Assembly: GCF_004010195.1 (NCBI RefSeq)
Contig: NC_057753.1
Location: forward strand, 13,685,367 to 13,738,327
Direction: 5' to 3'
Length of the DNA: 52,961 nucleotides
From: Chiloscyllium plagiosum
Lineage: Eukaryota
In this document: positions 35,416 to 49,057 of the stretch, one piece after another
Layout: the number at the start of each line of letters is the position of its first letter
Position numbering within the stretch: the stretch's first letter is position 1
Translations under genes and position numbers: made by a program
Notes under the pieces: generated by a model
Database searches by the model: none
Seen by the model: the letters and a program-made list of their open reading frames with translations, nothing else
What the model was told of the DNA's origin: nothing

Positions 35416-35698
35416 CTGCCTCACAGCGCCAGAGTCCCGGGTTCAATTCCCGCCTCAGGCAACTGTCTGTGTGAAGCTTGCACATTCTCCCCGTGTCGGA
35501 GTGGGTTTCCTCAGGGTGCTCCGGTTTCCTCCCACAGTCGAAAAACGTGCAGGTTAGGTGAATTGGCCATGCTAATTTGCCCGTAGTTTTAGGTGTAGGG
35601 GTAAATGTAGGGGAATGGGTCTGGGTGGGTGGGTCTTCGGAGGGTCAGTGTGGACTTGTTGGGCCGAACGGCCTGTTTCCTCACTGTAAGTAATCTAA
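35416..35698 (+). mobile_element. HE1-type SINE, 5'-truncated
   Basis: 'gctgcctcacagcgccagagtcccgggttcaattcc...gggccgaacggcctgtttcctcactgtaagtaatct'. Confidence 0.9.
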
Positions 35699-36804
35699 AG
35701 CTCATCTTTTATTTTTTGAACACACAGATGTTTTCAGTCCCTGCCCGCTGCTGATGCTGGAGCGTTAGAATGTTCCTGTCAGCTCCGCCAGGCTCCAGGA
35801 CCTAGCCATAACCTGAAATATCGGAACAGCCTGCGATTCTGAACCCGGTGTTAAGTCTGTGGCCGCAGGCTGTGTTGTCTCTTTCTTGTTGTCATTGCTG
35901 GCGCTGCATTATCCTGAGAACTGATTCTCGATCACCAGAAGATCTCGTATTCTGCTTTCCATGACCAAGCTGCTGCTGGCACTCTCTGCGATGCTGATGA
36001 AAAGGGAGAAATTGAGAAAGAAAAGAGAAATAGTAAAATGAAAGAATTTAGAAAAACGATTAAAGCAGTCGGAAGCAGACAAGATTAAAATTAAGGGAAA
36101 TATTAATAAGATGCACAAAATTACAAACAGGATTGATAAAATAGATCTTCAGTATTGTTTTCACTGGTAAGGTATTCTGGAACAGACTACCTTACCAGTG
36201 ACTAAAAAGATCAAGCGAAAGGTCAAAATTACGCATTGAACCATATTCATATCGATTAATTCTGCAGTGAGAAGATGGTAGTATTGGATGCTCTTGGAAT
36301 TTTCTACGTGGGCTTGTATGTGCACTTGGAAAAATAACGAAATTTTCACAGCAATAAAACGCGTAAAGGGCGAAAGGATTTGGATTAACTAAATAGTCTT
36401 TTCCAAGAGCTGATGCATTGGCCGATTGATAATATGCTGTATGGCATATTTCCATGAATTTAGACATTTTAAACACCCCTCCCTATCTACGTGCTCCTCG
36501 GTTTCTTTGTTACTAAAAGAGCAGGGTGGTGGCAGGTTTCTCAGCATTAAACAGTTCCGGATGCAAAACTGAGCAGTGACACATATTTTCTGTTCTCAAA
36601 TGAAGCAGGGAGTTCACTCAGAGCTGTGTTGCAACAGTCCTGATTTCAACTTCCGTTTGTTCTAACTCTGACCCGCCTTTCCGCCCTGTGTTATTTAAGA
36701 GATTGCTGCAGTCCTTGCTGTTTGTGATTGACAGGAACAAATTCGATAGGGGATCGACGATAGAGGAGTTTCTGGACTGAAGAAATGACAAGGCAGTGAG
36801 AACC

Positions 36805-36850
36805 ATGAAGAACTGCCTTTCTCGATTCCTCATCATTGTCTCACTTCTCA
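36805..36850 (+). CDS. Leader exon of the V at 36954-37260
   Basis: MKNCLSRFLIIVSLL + A|GTAAGT; 46 nt, phase 1. Confidence 0.92.
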
Positions 36851-36953
36851 GTAAGTTTTGCCTTCCACTAGACCTGACTAAATTGTTTGTAGTCCAGACT
36901 TTACAATTAGTAAAAGAATCACTGATTTTAAATATTGTTATTATTCTTGTTAG

Positions 36954-37260
36954 AATACAGTTACGAAGACACGGTGGAGCAGCCAATTCCTGAAATGACG
37001 GTTGAGGAAGGAAATAATGTCACAATCACCTGCAATTTGAAGACAACTACTACTAATCCTTATGTTTACTGGTACAGTCAGCCCCCAGGGCAGCCTCCAC
37101 ATTACGTCGTTTACATGCTTGCAGCTGGAATGGTAAACAGGAATCCTGACTTCTCTGATCGTTTTTCTTTGACATTTGATAAAACTACGAAGATTACCGA
37201 GTTAGCGATCAGTAATGCCTTCAACACTGACTCTGCTGTGTATTTCTGTGCCATGAACCC
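36954..37260 (+). CDS. TCR alpha/delta V segment, V exon (intact)
   Basis: Acceptor ttcttgttag. YSYEDTVEQPIPEMTVEEGNNVTITCNLKTTTTNPYVYWYSQPPGQPPHYVVYMLAAGMVNRNPDFSDRFSLTFDKTTKITELAISNAFNTDSAVYFCAMN. Confidence 0.95.
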
Positions 37261-37299
37261 CACACTGGCGCAGACAGATAGCAGAGCACGTCAAAAACC
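37261..37299 (+). promoter_or_regulatory. 23-RSS
   Basis: CACACTG gcgcagacagatagcagagcacg TCAAAAACC. Confidence 0.93.
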
Positions 37300-38940
37300 C
37301 ACTTTCAGTGTTCCCGTTAGAGCTCACGAGAAGGCAGTCTCACGGCGAGGAACAGAAACAATTCTTGAAGTGACAACAGATCTCAATAATAAAGTAGTGT
37401 TCCATTTTCAGATTTCTATCAGTCTGAAAATTCGGGATGCAAATATGGTGGGAATAAAACTTAACATCGAGCTGTGCAATTTTGTTTCCTGTTACTTTTC
37501 CAATCAATGACGCCAATGTATTCCCTTCTCATCTTTCCACTCCGTTCCTTCCACTCACAGACACAGACAACTCATGGATTTGCAATACCAACGGTAATTT
37601 GACCGTGGCGGCAGGAATGGGGTTAGTTAGAACATATGTTTCTATTAAGTCTTTGTTCCTTCTTGGCAGACAAATGCAGAAATATTACAAAATGACTTTG
37701 CAGAAACAGCAACTGCACACGATGTCGCAAATTCATTCCAAGTCTTTGACGCCCATGTGCAGAGTTCTCTGAAGTGCATATACACACTCACACACACACA
37801 CCGACCAAGCTTTCAACTTTCCCTCGTTTGGTGAGATCAATGTTCTTTCTTCAACAGTGGCGTCAATTATAGAAGGAATAGCAAATTTACATTTGAAATC
37901 CATTTTGGATTGAAACTGTCATCTATCAATAATTGTCAAACAGCGAGTTGGAGGTATAACGAGCTTCGGCAGATGAGAACTTGTTTAAGAGAGATAAGTT
38001 GAATTTAACTGCACTTTCTGTGTTTTTCATGTCAAAGCATTTTGACATATACTTTACAAATGTTCTGAATAGAAGTATACTATATAATCCCATGAAGCTG
38101 TCGAAATATTCAATGTTTTGTTTCTGATATTAATCTGTGGAAAGTACAAACGAACAGAAGGTGGAGAAAATGCGAAAAGATATTAATGTGGGAATAAAGT
38201 GGCCTTGGTATCTGTTTTCTCATGCAACCCTTTGCAATGACATTAGAGATTGATGATAATAGGATGGGAGATAGTTCAAAAACGCTTACGTGTTTTTCTA
38301 GCCTCCTATGTCATTCTAATCTGAACGATTGCATACCTGCCGGTTCTTCATACACTGCTGATGCAGAGCACTTGTTAGCAGGAGTCCCTCCACCTTGCCC
38401 CGTTCTCGGGAATGGTGATCATGTTAATTTTAAATGACTGAAAATTTTGGATAATTTTGGATATTCTTTTCCGGCAGAAAGAAGGATATTATCCCGCAGG
38501 TAGAAATGAAACAATAATTAAGGTATAAACTTTCGGTGAACACGTGCTCGAAACCTGGTTTTGATTAATTGGGGTGTCGTATTTCTCTCATTATTTACTA
38601 ATTAACATCAAATTTCATTTTTATAATAGGAGGTATTTTGGATCATTTCGACATTCTATCTATGTCATTCAATACCCTGCCTTGTCATTACTGCATTAAC
38701 ATTCGTTCAGTGTACCTGGGTCTATATGCTGAGAACCACTTTCCCCAAATCACTCTGGCTGTTGCAACATTCCAAAACAGCAGTGGTCAGGAAGGCATCT
38801 CACCAACACCTTCTCCAGGGCAGTAAGAGGTTGTTCATAAATGTTGGCTCAGCTATCGATCCACACTGTCTGTGAAAGATTTTGTTTGTAATGAGTGCAA
38901 AGGCGATTATAATTATCTCTAAACAACCATTTCCTGACAA

Positions 38941-39625
38941 TGTCAGGCTCAGTGGATAGCCTGGCTGCTTTACAAGACCACGGGTTTAGGTTCGAATCCG
39001 CACGCACGCGAGCTTGTGCATGGAGTTTGCACATTTGCTCTCTACTTGGAATGATTTCTGTTCGCACTTCAAGCATTGGCATGCCAGGAGCAAGTGTGAC
39101 TGTTTTACCGGGCTGAAGTGAAGAGTCAAAAATGAAGCGCTAAAAAGACTCATTGGTAAATCTCTAAAATTGAGCCATGTCCTGATAAAGTCACGAGTTT
39201 GAGTGCACAATGGCTCAGTGGCGAGCCCGAATGGCTTCCATCACGAGGAATCAGAGTTCGATTCCGAAATCAAGTGATTGTCTGTGTGGGGTTTGCACGT
39301 TCGCCCTCTGCCTGCAAAGGTATCTACTCACACTCCAAACGTGTGCATGCGAGTAGCACGTTTTAGTGATTACAGAGTAACTCTTTTATGAGTTTAAAAA
39401 TGGGATAAAAATGAAACGCTAAAAAAGATTCAGTGGTAAATATCTAAAACTGAGCCAGCTCCTTTCAAATTCATGATATCTTGTCCACGACGGCTCAGTG
39501 GTTAGCACCACTTCATAATGTCCGGTTCGATTCCAGACTCAGGTGACTGCATGAATTTTGTACATTCTCCTTTTGCCTGAAACGGTTTCTGCTCACAATT
39601 CATGCGTGAGCTCGGCTGCATTAAT
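38941..39625 (+). mobile_element. Three consecutive decayed HE1-type SINE heads (duplicated at ~46930-47630)
   Basis: 'ggctcagtgg...gttcga.tcc...ttt(g)cac.tt' recurs at ~38946, ~39212 and ~39492. Confidence 0.65.
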
Positions 39626-40647
39626 AAGAATTAGGCTTGCATCTGTTTGGAATATTCTTCAGAGAGTCAATGTGTACTTACCGAATGAAGCGGTCTGCAT
39701 CCACACTGTACGAACTTTATGGTTTTAACTTGGGGCATCGGCATTCCCGGTCAGGCAGTTCACTTGTTGCATTCTCACATTATCTAGCTATGATACGCTC
39801 GGCATTCTTGTCGAAATGGGAAACGCTTGCACATCTCAGGTTCCTTAGCTCAGTTATTATTGCGCTGGTCTTGTAAACTAGTGATTGTAAGTTTGATTAT
39901 CAGTGGCACTTTGCTTGAGTTTCAACATTCTTGATTCCTCCATTGGTAAAGTAAAGGGCCTTTCTATAATTGTGTGATGGTAATCATAGGATAATGACGT
40001 TTCCTACACAGGACGGGAGTGATCTGATTGATCTTGGAATTCCAGTTTGTTCTTCCAGGATGTCATTGGTTAAAACCAGCTGACAGTCAATTCCAAAACT
40101 GGGCAATGAGAAAGTACCATGCGTGTCAGATGGTTGGGGGAACAGCCATTGTGACAAGGGGCCTGGGCCATATCAAGGGGTGCCTAGTAACTTTGAGTAA
40201 GTTTCATTTGGATAGAATGATAAGAACCATAATAATGCGGTGATGCTATCAGGACCTTGAAGCCCAGAAATCTGACGTGCTCTAAAGATTTACAATCACA
40301 TGTCTGAACAGATTGTTTCGAGTATTTATAAGCCAGCATTGCACTTGACATGACGGACTTTCTTCAGAGTAGACAAAAGAAAACGAGGTTATGTTCTTTG
40401 TTCGAAAAGAGGGGTGGTGTGACATTTTGTGCGTTCAAAGCTCTGACTCTTGTAGGGCTTGATTGCACTAAGTTGGTTACAAACAAAACAACGTGATTTT
40501 CCAGCAGGTCCACAACAGACCTTTTGAACCTTTTGGAGTAAAGTTAGAAGTGAGAGGATAAAAGGAATCAGTGGCAAATCTCCAAAGGAAACTGTCATCG
40601 TTGGCAAAGTAAATGGAACATGGAAATGCGAGGTAAAAGAAAGAAAT

Positions 40648-40980
40648 ATGCTTTCACAATAGATGTGGGCATAATAATTTTAATGTTCACTGGGATCACT
40701 GACTTTCTCTTATTCTGTAATTTATGCTCATTCTCCACCCTTACTCGCACTTTATTTATTGCTCAAGTGTGTAACAGGTGCAACACGTCGACAGAGGTCT
40801 CGACATCTCAGCGTCACGTTTTCCACCATATCATCGAGCAGCAACCAAGCACCGCCCCAAAACCTCTTCTCCGTTATCAGAAGATAACTTCGCAGCATTC
40901 TATGCGCCTTTGTCGAGGTTGACTTTTGAGCCATTTGACATTTCAAGTACAAGTCCAGGTCAAACTACTCCAATGGTGTC
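40648..40980 (+). pseudogene. Possible very old V relic (leader-like exon, short intron, FR2 and FR3 pieces)
   Basis: Hydrophobic 'VGIIILMFTGI', acceptor gctcaag, 'IEQQPSTAPKPLLRY' (FR2-like), 'FYAPLSRLTFEPFDISST' (compare FSANLDKEKKTVPLNISEA); no RSS found. Confidence 0.4.
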
Positions 40981-41065
40981 AGAAATTCCTGAAGAGCGAG
41001 CATTCCTTCTAACATTATGCAGCACCCAGCAATGTTTGTCCTGTTTGCTGTGGGGTGGGGCCGTG

Positions 41066-41133
41066 GTGTGTGTGTGTGTGTGTGTGTGTGTACGTGGGAT
41101 GGGGGGGCGGTGTGAGGGTGTGGGGGGGGGGGG
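41066..41133. repeat. (GT)n microsatellite and poly-G tract
   Basis: Direct reading; the paralogous site in unit 2 is the 11-N gap. Confidence 0.9.
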
Positions 41134-44100
41134 GAGCGGAGAGTCGTTGCATCGCATCTACATTTCTTGGGTTTGCAAATTCGTTATCTTTTCAAATCCA
41201 CCATCTGAGTGGAAACAATTGATCCTTCGTCCTCTGCGTGTAAACCCACTATTCGCACTGTAAGGTCACAGCTCTTGCTTTTTACTCATTCCAAACTGAT
41301 GCAGTTCCCTTAACTAATACGTTCCAGAGTACTAAAATGCTCAGTTGCGTGTAGCATGAGCATAGCAATCTTCCACTTTCTGGTACTTCCTGTATTAAAA
41401 CATGTGTTGTTAGTTTGGTTCATTGGTTAAAGTCATCCTTAGAATTTCTAAATTTCTGAAGGCCTTATCAGTGAAGATTCCATCTCACAGGAAATGGTTA
41501 CAGTGGTACAGCTTGAACGAGATTCGGTGATCATCCATTTCAGATATGCGATCATTTTCTTTACAATTGTATCGTCAGGAGCCAGGTCAATTTCCGATAT
41601 TCTTAATCAACATCCCTAAATACGAACAGATCCTTTGTCTCCTCCCTTCAATCAAGTTTTGCATCCAATTAGCTGGATGTGGCTACATCCCATGTGATTA
41701 AATCTCGCTCACCAGTCCAACATGTCAAAACTTGTCAAAAGCCTTGCTGAAGACCAGATAGCCAAGGCCGAGATTACCGACCTCATCAATCTTTTTGTCA
41801 CATCACAAAAGAGGTAATAAAGTTAGTAAGTTTTGATTTCTCAAGCACAAAGTTATGTTGATTATCCCTGATCTCTCCTCCCATTCCGAGTACATGGAAA
41901 TTCTGTCCTTCATGCAGAAGCTTACTGACGATGTTACATCATATGATGAGAAAACGTCTGAAAATGAACCTTCCACTCAGCGGACAGTTCTACATCCAGA
42001 ACCTAACATGATCTACAAATCTTCTCAAAACTCGCTAATCCTGTTCTTCAGAATCCCTCCAAGAACTTAATCAATACTGATGCCAGTCACACTGGTCTAT
42101 TCTTTACTGTATTCCAATCTGGGAAGAGTGTCGTTAGCACCATAGATTTGGATTCTGAGCAGCATCTAAGGGTCTTGATGTGGATTGTAGTAATATACAA
42201 GTCAGAAACTAGATGCATGAGATGGAAATTCAGTATTGCTGAATCATCACCATTTAATGATACGTTTATTCTGACCGGGATACTGAATCCCTGCTACTCA
42301 TCTCTGAGAACCAACAGCAGGCACAACGTATACGAATGGGAAACAGAACAAAACTGATCATTCAGGAAAGTGAATGGGTTATGGTGAGATGACTGGGGAA
42401 TCTAGAAAGCAGATTCAAATTCCTATCGTCAAGGCAATAACCAGTGTCTGTCATGGTTACACCACCACCCCACACCGCCCCCATCCACCCTTGTCCTCCC
42501 CGGCTTCTGTCTGAACTCCAGAAACAGAGACAGTGATCACCGTCTTCATCAGGCCCGGAATGGGATAAAATTACATCGAAGCTAATTGTTCGGCTGGTGT
42601 ACATTTCCTCCAGGCCCATTCATAAATTTTCAAACTTGTCTTTCTGTAGAAGGGTGATGGTGGTATTGAATAAGTGAACAGACATTGCCATCTGTTGGCA
42701 ATTGTGAAGACATCTGAAACAGTCAAATGCACCCTCAAACACACTGAAGACGATGGGAAATAATTAAAATGTTGCACTTTGAGAGAAATCAATGAGTCTC
42801 TGATTTCTGTTCATGAACGAATCCCTTTCTTGAAGATTTTCTAAAAAAAGCTGAGCTTTCCTGGCACTTACTGTTCAGCATCAGATTGTATTGAACATAT
42901 GTGCAAAATCTTAAAGAACTGTTTCATATGAAAACAAACGGGGAAATTACAGTGAACAGTTACATCCCTTTGCCCAACATCGGCATCAAAAATTCATCTG
43001 ACGCCAAATGCACACTATTTTCTTTGCATTGTGTTTAAATGTTAAGCTTCAAAAACATGTTGTGCTAACACTAAAATAAATCGGATGCTGGGATGATGAT
43101 AACCCGATGTCGTTAGTGGCTGCCCCATACACATTGAAAAGAAGGGTTTATATAATTAATGTGCACAGAGAGAATTAACCTTCTCCTCGAAATATGATTC
43201 AAAAAAGTGCGAGGCTCAGAGAAAGAGAGGAGACATTCAGGATTGAAGACGCTCGAAGAGGTATTATAGGCTACCCTTATTCTGCACTAGAATGTCTACT
43301 ATGTTGCCAAGAAATTTAAAGAAACCACATCCGCAATGAAAAGGTGCAAGAGCGGGCAAGGTCAAGTTAGTGCAGAAGGACCATTGCAGGGATCAAGAAT
43401 AGACTCAAAGCAGAGGGGAAAGCAGTCTTCGTCAAGCAGTCTTCACCAGACAGGTGGATGACTGACCAAAGGAGAGGATGAAGACCAAGGGAATATATCT
43501 TTAACAGTGTGGATAGATAACATGATGGGAGTGATCTCCACTATTTTAAAGAGACTGAAACATTCCTCAACGATAGGCCATCGTGTCCTCTGGTATTGCT
43601 AAACCAGCCCAAATGTCACGGACATTTTTTTAACATAATTAATTGGTGCTTTATCTTTAAACTATTGCTTCCTCACAGACTCAATAAAGTATGAGAAATT
43701 TGCAATAAATCGTTTTCTGTATAATTGTGATTGAAACAGTCAAAAACCGTTTTCTGTTGAGAACTAGGTGGAGTGAATTCACAAACAACCGATGATGACC
43801 CCAAACTCCGAATCAGACTCATAGATTTGATAGTCGGTCTGAAGACATGCAGAGGATAGTAATGAGATGAAAGTAAAACCAGGATTAGCGGAAATCCGAT
43901 GCTGATGAAAAGGGAGAAAGTTAGAAAGTAAAGAGAAATAGTAAAATGAAAGAGGAGAAAAACAAAGAAAAGCAGACTGAAGCAGGCAAGATCAAAATTA
44001 AGGAAAATATTAATAAGATGCACAAAATTACAAACAGGATTGATAATATAGATCTTCAGTATTGTTTTCACTAGTAAGGTATTCTGGAATATCCGGAAAA

Positions 44101-44695
44101 GATTAAGAGAAAGGTCAAAAGTACGCATTGAACCATATTCATATCGATTAACTTTGCAGTGAGAAGATGGCAGTATTGGATGCTCTTGGAATTTTCCACG
44201 TGGGATTGTAAGTGCACTTGGAAGAATAACGAAAGTAGCACAGCAATAAAACGTGGAAAGGGTGAAAGGATTGGCATTAATTAGGTAGACTTTTCAAAGA
44301 GCAGATGCATTGGCCGATTGACCATGTGCTGTATGGTATGTTTCCATGAAATTAGACATTTTAAACTCCCTCCCTATCTACGTGCTCCTCGATTTCTTTG
44401 TTACTAAAAGAGCAGGGTGTTGGCAGGTTTCTCAGCATTAAACAGTTCTGGATGCAAAACTGAGCAGTGACATATATTTTCTGTTCTCAAATGAAGCAGG
44501 TAGTTCACTCAGAGCTATGTTGCAACAGTCCTGATTTCAACTTCCGTTTGTTCTAACTCTGACCCGCCTTTCCGCCCTGTGTTATTTAAGAGATTGCTGC
44601 AGTCCTTGCTGTTTGTGATTGACAGGAACAAATTCGAAAGGAGATCGACGATAGAGAAGTGTCTGGACTGAAGAATTGACAAGGGAGTAAGAACC

Positions 44696-44741
44696 ATGAA
44701 GAACTGCCTTTCTCGATTACTCATCATTGTCTCACTTCTCA
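44696..44741 (+). CDS. Leader exon of the V at 44856-45162
   Basis: MKNCLSRLLIIVSLL + A|GTAAGT; 46 nt. Confidence 0.92.
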
Positions 44742-44855
44742 GTAAGTCTTTCATTCCATTAGACCTGACTAAATTGTTTGCAGTCCAGACGTTACAATTA
44801 GTAAAAGAATCACTGTAATGATCGTGATTTCAAATATCGTTATTATTCTTGTTAG

Positions 44856-45162
44856 AATACAGTTACGAAGACACAGTGGAGCAGTCAATTCCTGAAATGA
44901 CGGTTGAGGAAGGAACTAATGTCACAATCACCTGCAAATTGAAGACAAGTACTACTAATCCTTATGTTTACTGGTACAGTCAGCCCCCAGGGCAGCCTCC
45001 ACAATACGTCGTTTACATGCTTACAGCTGGAATGGTAAACAGGAATCCTGACTTCTCTGATCGTTTTTCTTTGACATTTGATAAAACTACGAAGATTACC
45101 GAGTTAGCGATCAGTAATGCCTTCAACACTGACTCTGCTGTGTATTTCTGTGCCATGAGCCT
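44856..45162 (+). CDS. TCR alpha/delta V segment, V exon (intact; paralog of 36954-37260)
   Basis: YSYEDTVEQSIPEMTVEEGTNVTITCKLKTSTTNPYVYWYSQPPGQPPQYVVYMLTAGMVNRNPDFSDRFSLTFDKTTKITELAISNAFNTDSAVYFCAMS. Confidence 0.95.
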
Positions 45163-45201
45163 CACACTGGCGCAGACAGATAGCAGAGCACGTCAAAAAC
45201 C
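45163..45201 (+). promoter_or_regulatory. 23-RSS
   Basis: CACACTG-23-TCAAAAACC, identical to 37261-37299. Confidence 0.93.
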
Positions 45202-48200
45202 CACTCAGTATTCCCGTTAGAGCTCACGAGAAGGCAGTCTCACAGCGAGGAACAGAAATAATTCACCTCCAGAGGAATAATTACAAACCAAATTCTTGAA
45301 GTGACAAGACCAGATCTCAATACGTAAAGTAGTGTTTCATTTGCAAACGGGATGCAAATATGGTGGGAATAAAACTTAACATCTATCTGTGCAATTCTAT
45401 TTCCTGTTACTTTTCCAATCAATGACGCCAATGTATTCCCTTTTCATCTTTCCACTCAGTTCCTTCCACTCACAGACACAGACATCTCATGGATTTGCAA
45501 TACTAATTTGACAGCGGCGGCAGAAGTGGGGTTAGTTAGAACATAATTTTCAAGTCAGTCTTTGTTCCTTCTTGGCAGCCAAATGCAGAAATATTACAAA
45601 ATGACTTCGCAGAAACACCAGCTGCAGACGATGTCGCAAATTCAGTCAAAGTCTCTGACTTTCATGTGCACAGTTTTCTGAAGCTATTGCACACACACAC
45701 ACACATACACACACACAACGCGACCAAGCTTTCAAACTTCCCTCTTTTGGCTCGATCACAGGCAGTGAGGTCAATGTTATTTCTTCAACAGTGGCGTCAA
45801 TTCTAGAAGGATGAGACAATTTGCATTTGAAATCCGCCTTGGATTGTAACTGGCATCCATCAATAATCGTCAAACAGCGAGTTTCAGGTATAACGATCTT
45901 CGGCAGAGGAGAACGTGTTTCAGAGAGACAAGTTGAATTTTATTGCATTTTCTGTATTTTTCATGTCAAAGCATTTTGACACATCCTTTACAAATGTTCT
46001 GAATAGAAGTATATTTTATAATCCCATGAAGCTGTCGAAATATTCAATGTTTTGTTTCTGATATTAATCTGTGGAAAGTACAAACGAACAGAAGGTGTAG
46101 GAAATGCGAAAATATATTAATGTGGGAATGAAATTGGCCTTGGTCTCTGTTTTCTCATGCAACCCTTTGCAATCACATTAGAGATTGATGATAATAGGAT
46201 GGAAGATAGTTCAAAAAAGCTTCCGTGTTTTTCTAGCCTCCCATGTCTTTCTCATCTGAACAATTGCATATATCCACCGGTTCTTCATACTCTGCTGAGG
46301 CAGAGCACTTGTTAGCAGGAGTCCCTGCACCTTGCACCGTTCTCGGGAATGGTGATCAAGTTAATATTAAATGACTGAAAAGTTTTGATGCTGCAATTTC
46401 CACTTCTCTCCGCGACATCTGGAGATTATGGATGATCATGTATATTCCTTTCCGGCAGAAGGAAGGATATTATCCCGCAGGTAGAAGTAAAGCAATAATT
46501 AGGTGTAAACCTTCGGTGAACACGTGCTCGAAATTGGTTTTGATGAGTTGGGGTGTCGAATTTCTCTCATTATTTACTTATTAACATCAAATTTCAATGT
46601 TTTAATACGAGGTATTTATGGATCATTTCGACAGAAGTTTCTATCTATGTCATTCAACACCCTGCCTTGTCATAACTACACTAACATTCGCTCAGTGTCC
46701 CTGGGCCTATATTCTGAGAACCACTTTCCCCACAACACTCCGGGTGTTGCAACATTTCAAAAATAGCAACTGTCAGGAAGGCATCTCACCAACACCTTCG
46801 TCAGGGCAGTTAGAGGTTGCCAATAAATGTTTGCTTATCCATCAATCCACACCATCTGTGAAAGATTTTGTTTGTAATGAGTGCAAAGGCGATTATAAAT
46901 ATCTCTAAAACAACCATTTCCTGATAAGGTCAGGCTCAGTGGATAGCCTGGCTGCGTTACAAGACCACGGGTTTAGGTTCGAATCCACACGCATGCGAGC
47001 TTGTGCATGGAGTTTGCACATTTGCTCTCTACTTGGAATGATTTCTGTTCACACTTCAAGCATTGGCATGCCAGGAGCAATTTTGTTGTTGACAGTGTGA
47101 CTGTTTTACCGGACTGAAGTGAAACGTCAAAAATGAAACGGTAAGAAGACTCATTGGTAAATATCTAAAATTGAGCCATGTCCTGAAAATGTCATGGGTT
47201 TGAGTGCGCAATGGCTCAGTGGCGAGCCCGAATGGTTTCCATCACTAGGAATCAGAGTTCGATTCCGAAATCACGTGATTGTCTGCGTGGGGTTTGCACG
47301 TTCGCCTCTGCCTGCAAGGGTATCTACTCACAGTCCAAGCGTGTGCATGCAAGTAGCACATTTTATTGATTACAGAATAACTCTTTTATGAGTCTATAAA
47401 TGGGATAAAAAAGAAACGCTAAAAAGATTCAGTGGTAAATATCTAAAACTGAGCCAGCTCCTGTCAAATTCATGATTTCTTGTCCACGACGGCTCAGTGG
47501 TTAGCACCGCTTCATAATGTGCGGTTCGATTCCAGACTCAGGTGACTGCATGAATTTTGCACATTCTCCCTTTGCCTGAAACGGTTTCTGCTCACAATTC
47601 ATGCGTGTGAATGCCAGCTAGGTTGAATTAATAAGAATTAGGATTGCATCTGTATGGAATATTCTTCAGAGGGACAACGTGTACTCACCAAATGAAACGG
47701 TCTGCACCCACACTGTACGAACTTTATGGTTTTAACTTGGGTCATCGGTATTCCCGGTCAGGCAGTTCACTTGTTGCATTCTCACATTATCCGACTATGA
47801 TATACTCGACGTTCTTGTCGAAATGGGAAACGCTTGCATATCTCAGGTTCCTTAGCTCAGTTATTATTGCGCTGGTCTTGTAAACTAGTGATTGTAAGTT
47901 TGATTATCAGTGTCATTTTGCTTGAGTATCAACATTCTTGATTCCTCCATTACTGCAGTAAAGGGCCTTTCTATAATTGCGTGATGGTAATCATAGGATA
48001 ATGACGTTTCCTCCACAGGACGGGAGTGATATGATTGACCTTGGAATTCCAGTTTGTTCTTCCAGGATGACATTGGTTAATACCAGCTGACAGTCAATTC
48101 CAAAACTGGGCAATGAGAAAGTACCATGCGTGTCGGATGGTTGGGGGAACAGCCATTCTGACAAGGGGCCTGGGCCATATCAAGTGGTGCCTAGTAACTT

Positions 48201-48655
48201 TGAGTAAGTTTCATTTGCATATAATGATAAGAACCATATAATGCGGTGATACTATCAGGACCTTGAAGCCCGGAAATCTGACGTGCTCTAAAGATTTACA
48301 ATCACATGTCTGAACAGGTTGTTTCGAGCATGTATAAGCCAGCATTGCACTTGACATGACGGACTTTCTTCAGAGTAGACAAAAGAAAACGAGGTTATGT
48401 TCTTTGTTCGAAAAGAGGGGTGGAGTGACATTTTGATGTGTTCAAAGTTCTGACTCTTGTTGGGCTTTATTGCACTGAGTTGGTTACAATCAAAACAACA
48501 TGATTTTCCAGCAGGTACACGACAGACTGTTTTAACTATTTGGAGTAAAGTTAGAAGTGAGAGGATAAAATGATTCACTGGGAAACCTGCAAAGGAAACT
48601 GTCATCATTGGCAAAGTAAATGGGACATGGAAATGTGAGGTTAAAAGAAAAGAAT

Positions 48656-48985
48656 ATGCTTTCACCATAGGTGTGGGCATAATAATTTTAATGTTCACTG
48701 GGATCAGTGACTTTCTCTTATTCTGTAATGTATGCTCATTCTCCACCGTTACTCGTAGTTTATTTATTGTTCAAGTGTGTAACAGGTGCAACACGTCGAC
48801 AGAGGTCTCGACATCTCAGCGTCACGTTTTCCACCAAATCATCGAGCTGCAACCAAGAGCCGCCGCAAAACCTCTTCTCTGTGCTCAGAAGATAACCTCG
48901 CAGTATTCTATGCGCCTTCGTCGAGGTTGGCTTTTGAGCCATTTGACGTTTCAAGTATACGTCTAGGTCAAACTACGCCATGGTT
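48656..48985 (+). pseudogene. Duplicate of the possible old V relic at 40648-40980
   Basis: This copy keeps a phase-1 donor 'atc a|gtgact' (48707) and acceptor 'gttcaag' (48775). Confidence 0.4.
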
Positions 48986-49046
48986 ATCAGGAATTCCTGA
49001 ATAGCGAGCATTCCTTCTAACCTTATGCAGCACCCAACTATGTTTG

Positions 49047-49057
49047 NNNNNNNNNNN
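49047..49057. other. Assembly gap (11 N)
   Basis: N run at the position of the GT/G-rich tract in the paralogous unit. Confidence 0.95.

Larger units (their letters stand above)
32741..41632 (+). repeat. Segmental tandem duplication, unit 1 (~8.9 kb)
   Basis: Collinear with 41641-49530 from 'cctcccttcaatc' to 'catccctaaata.gaacagatc'; carries an extra ~975 bp (35014-35988). Confidence 0.93.
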
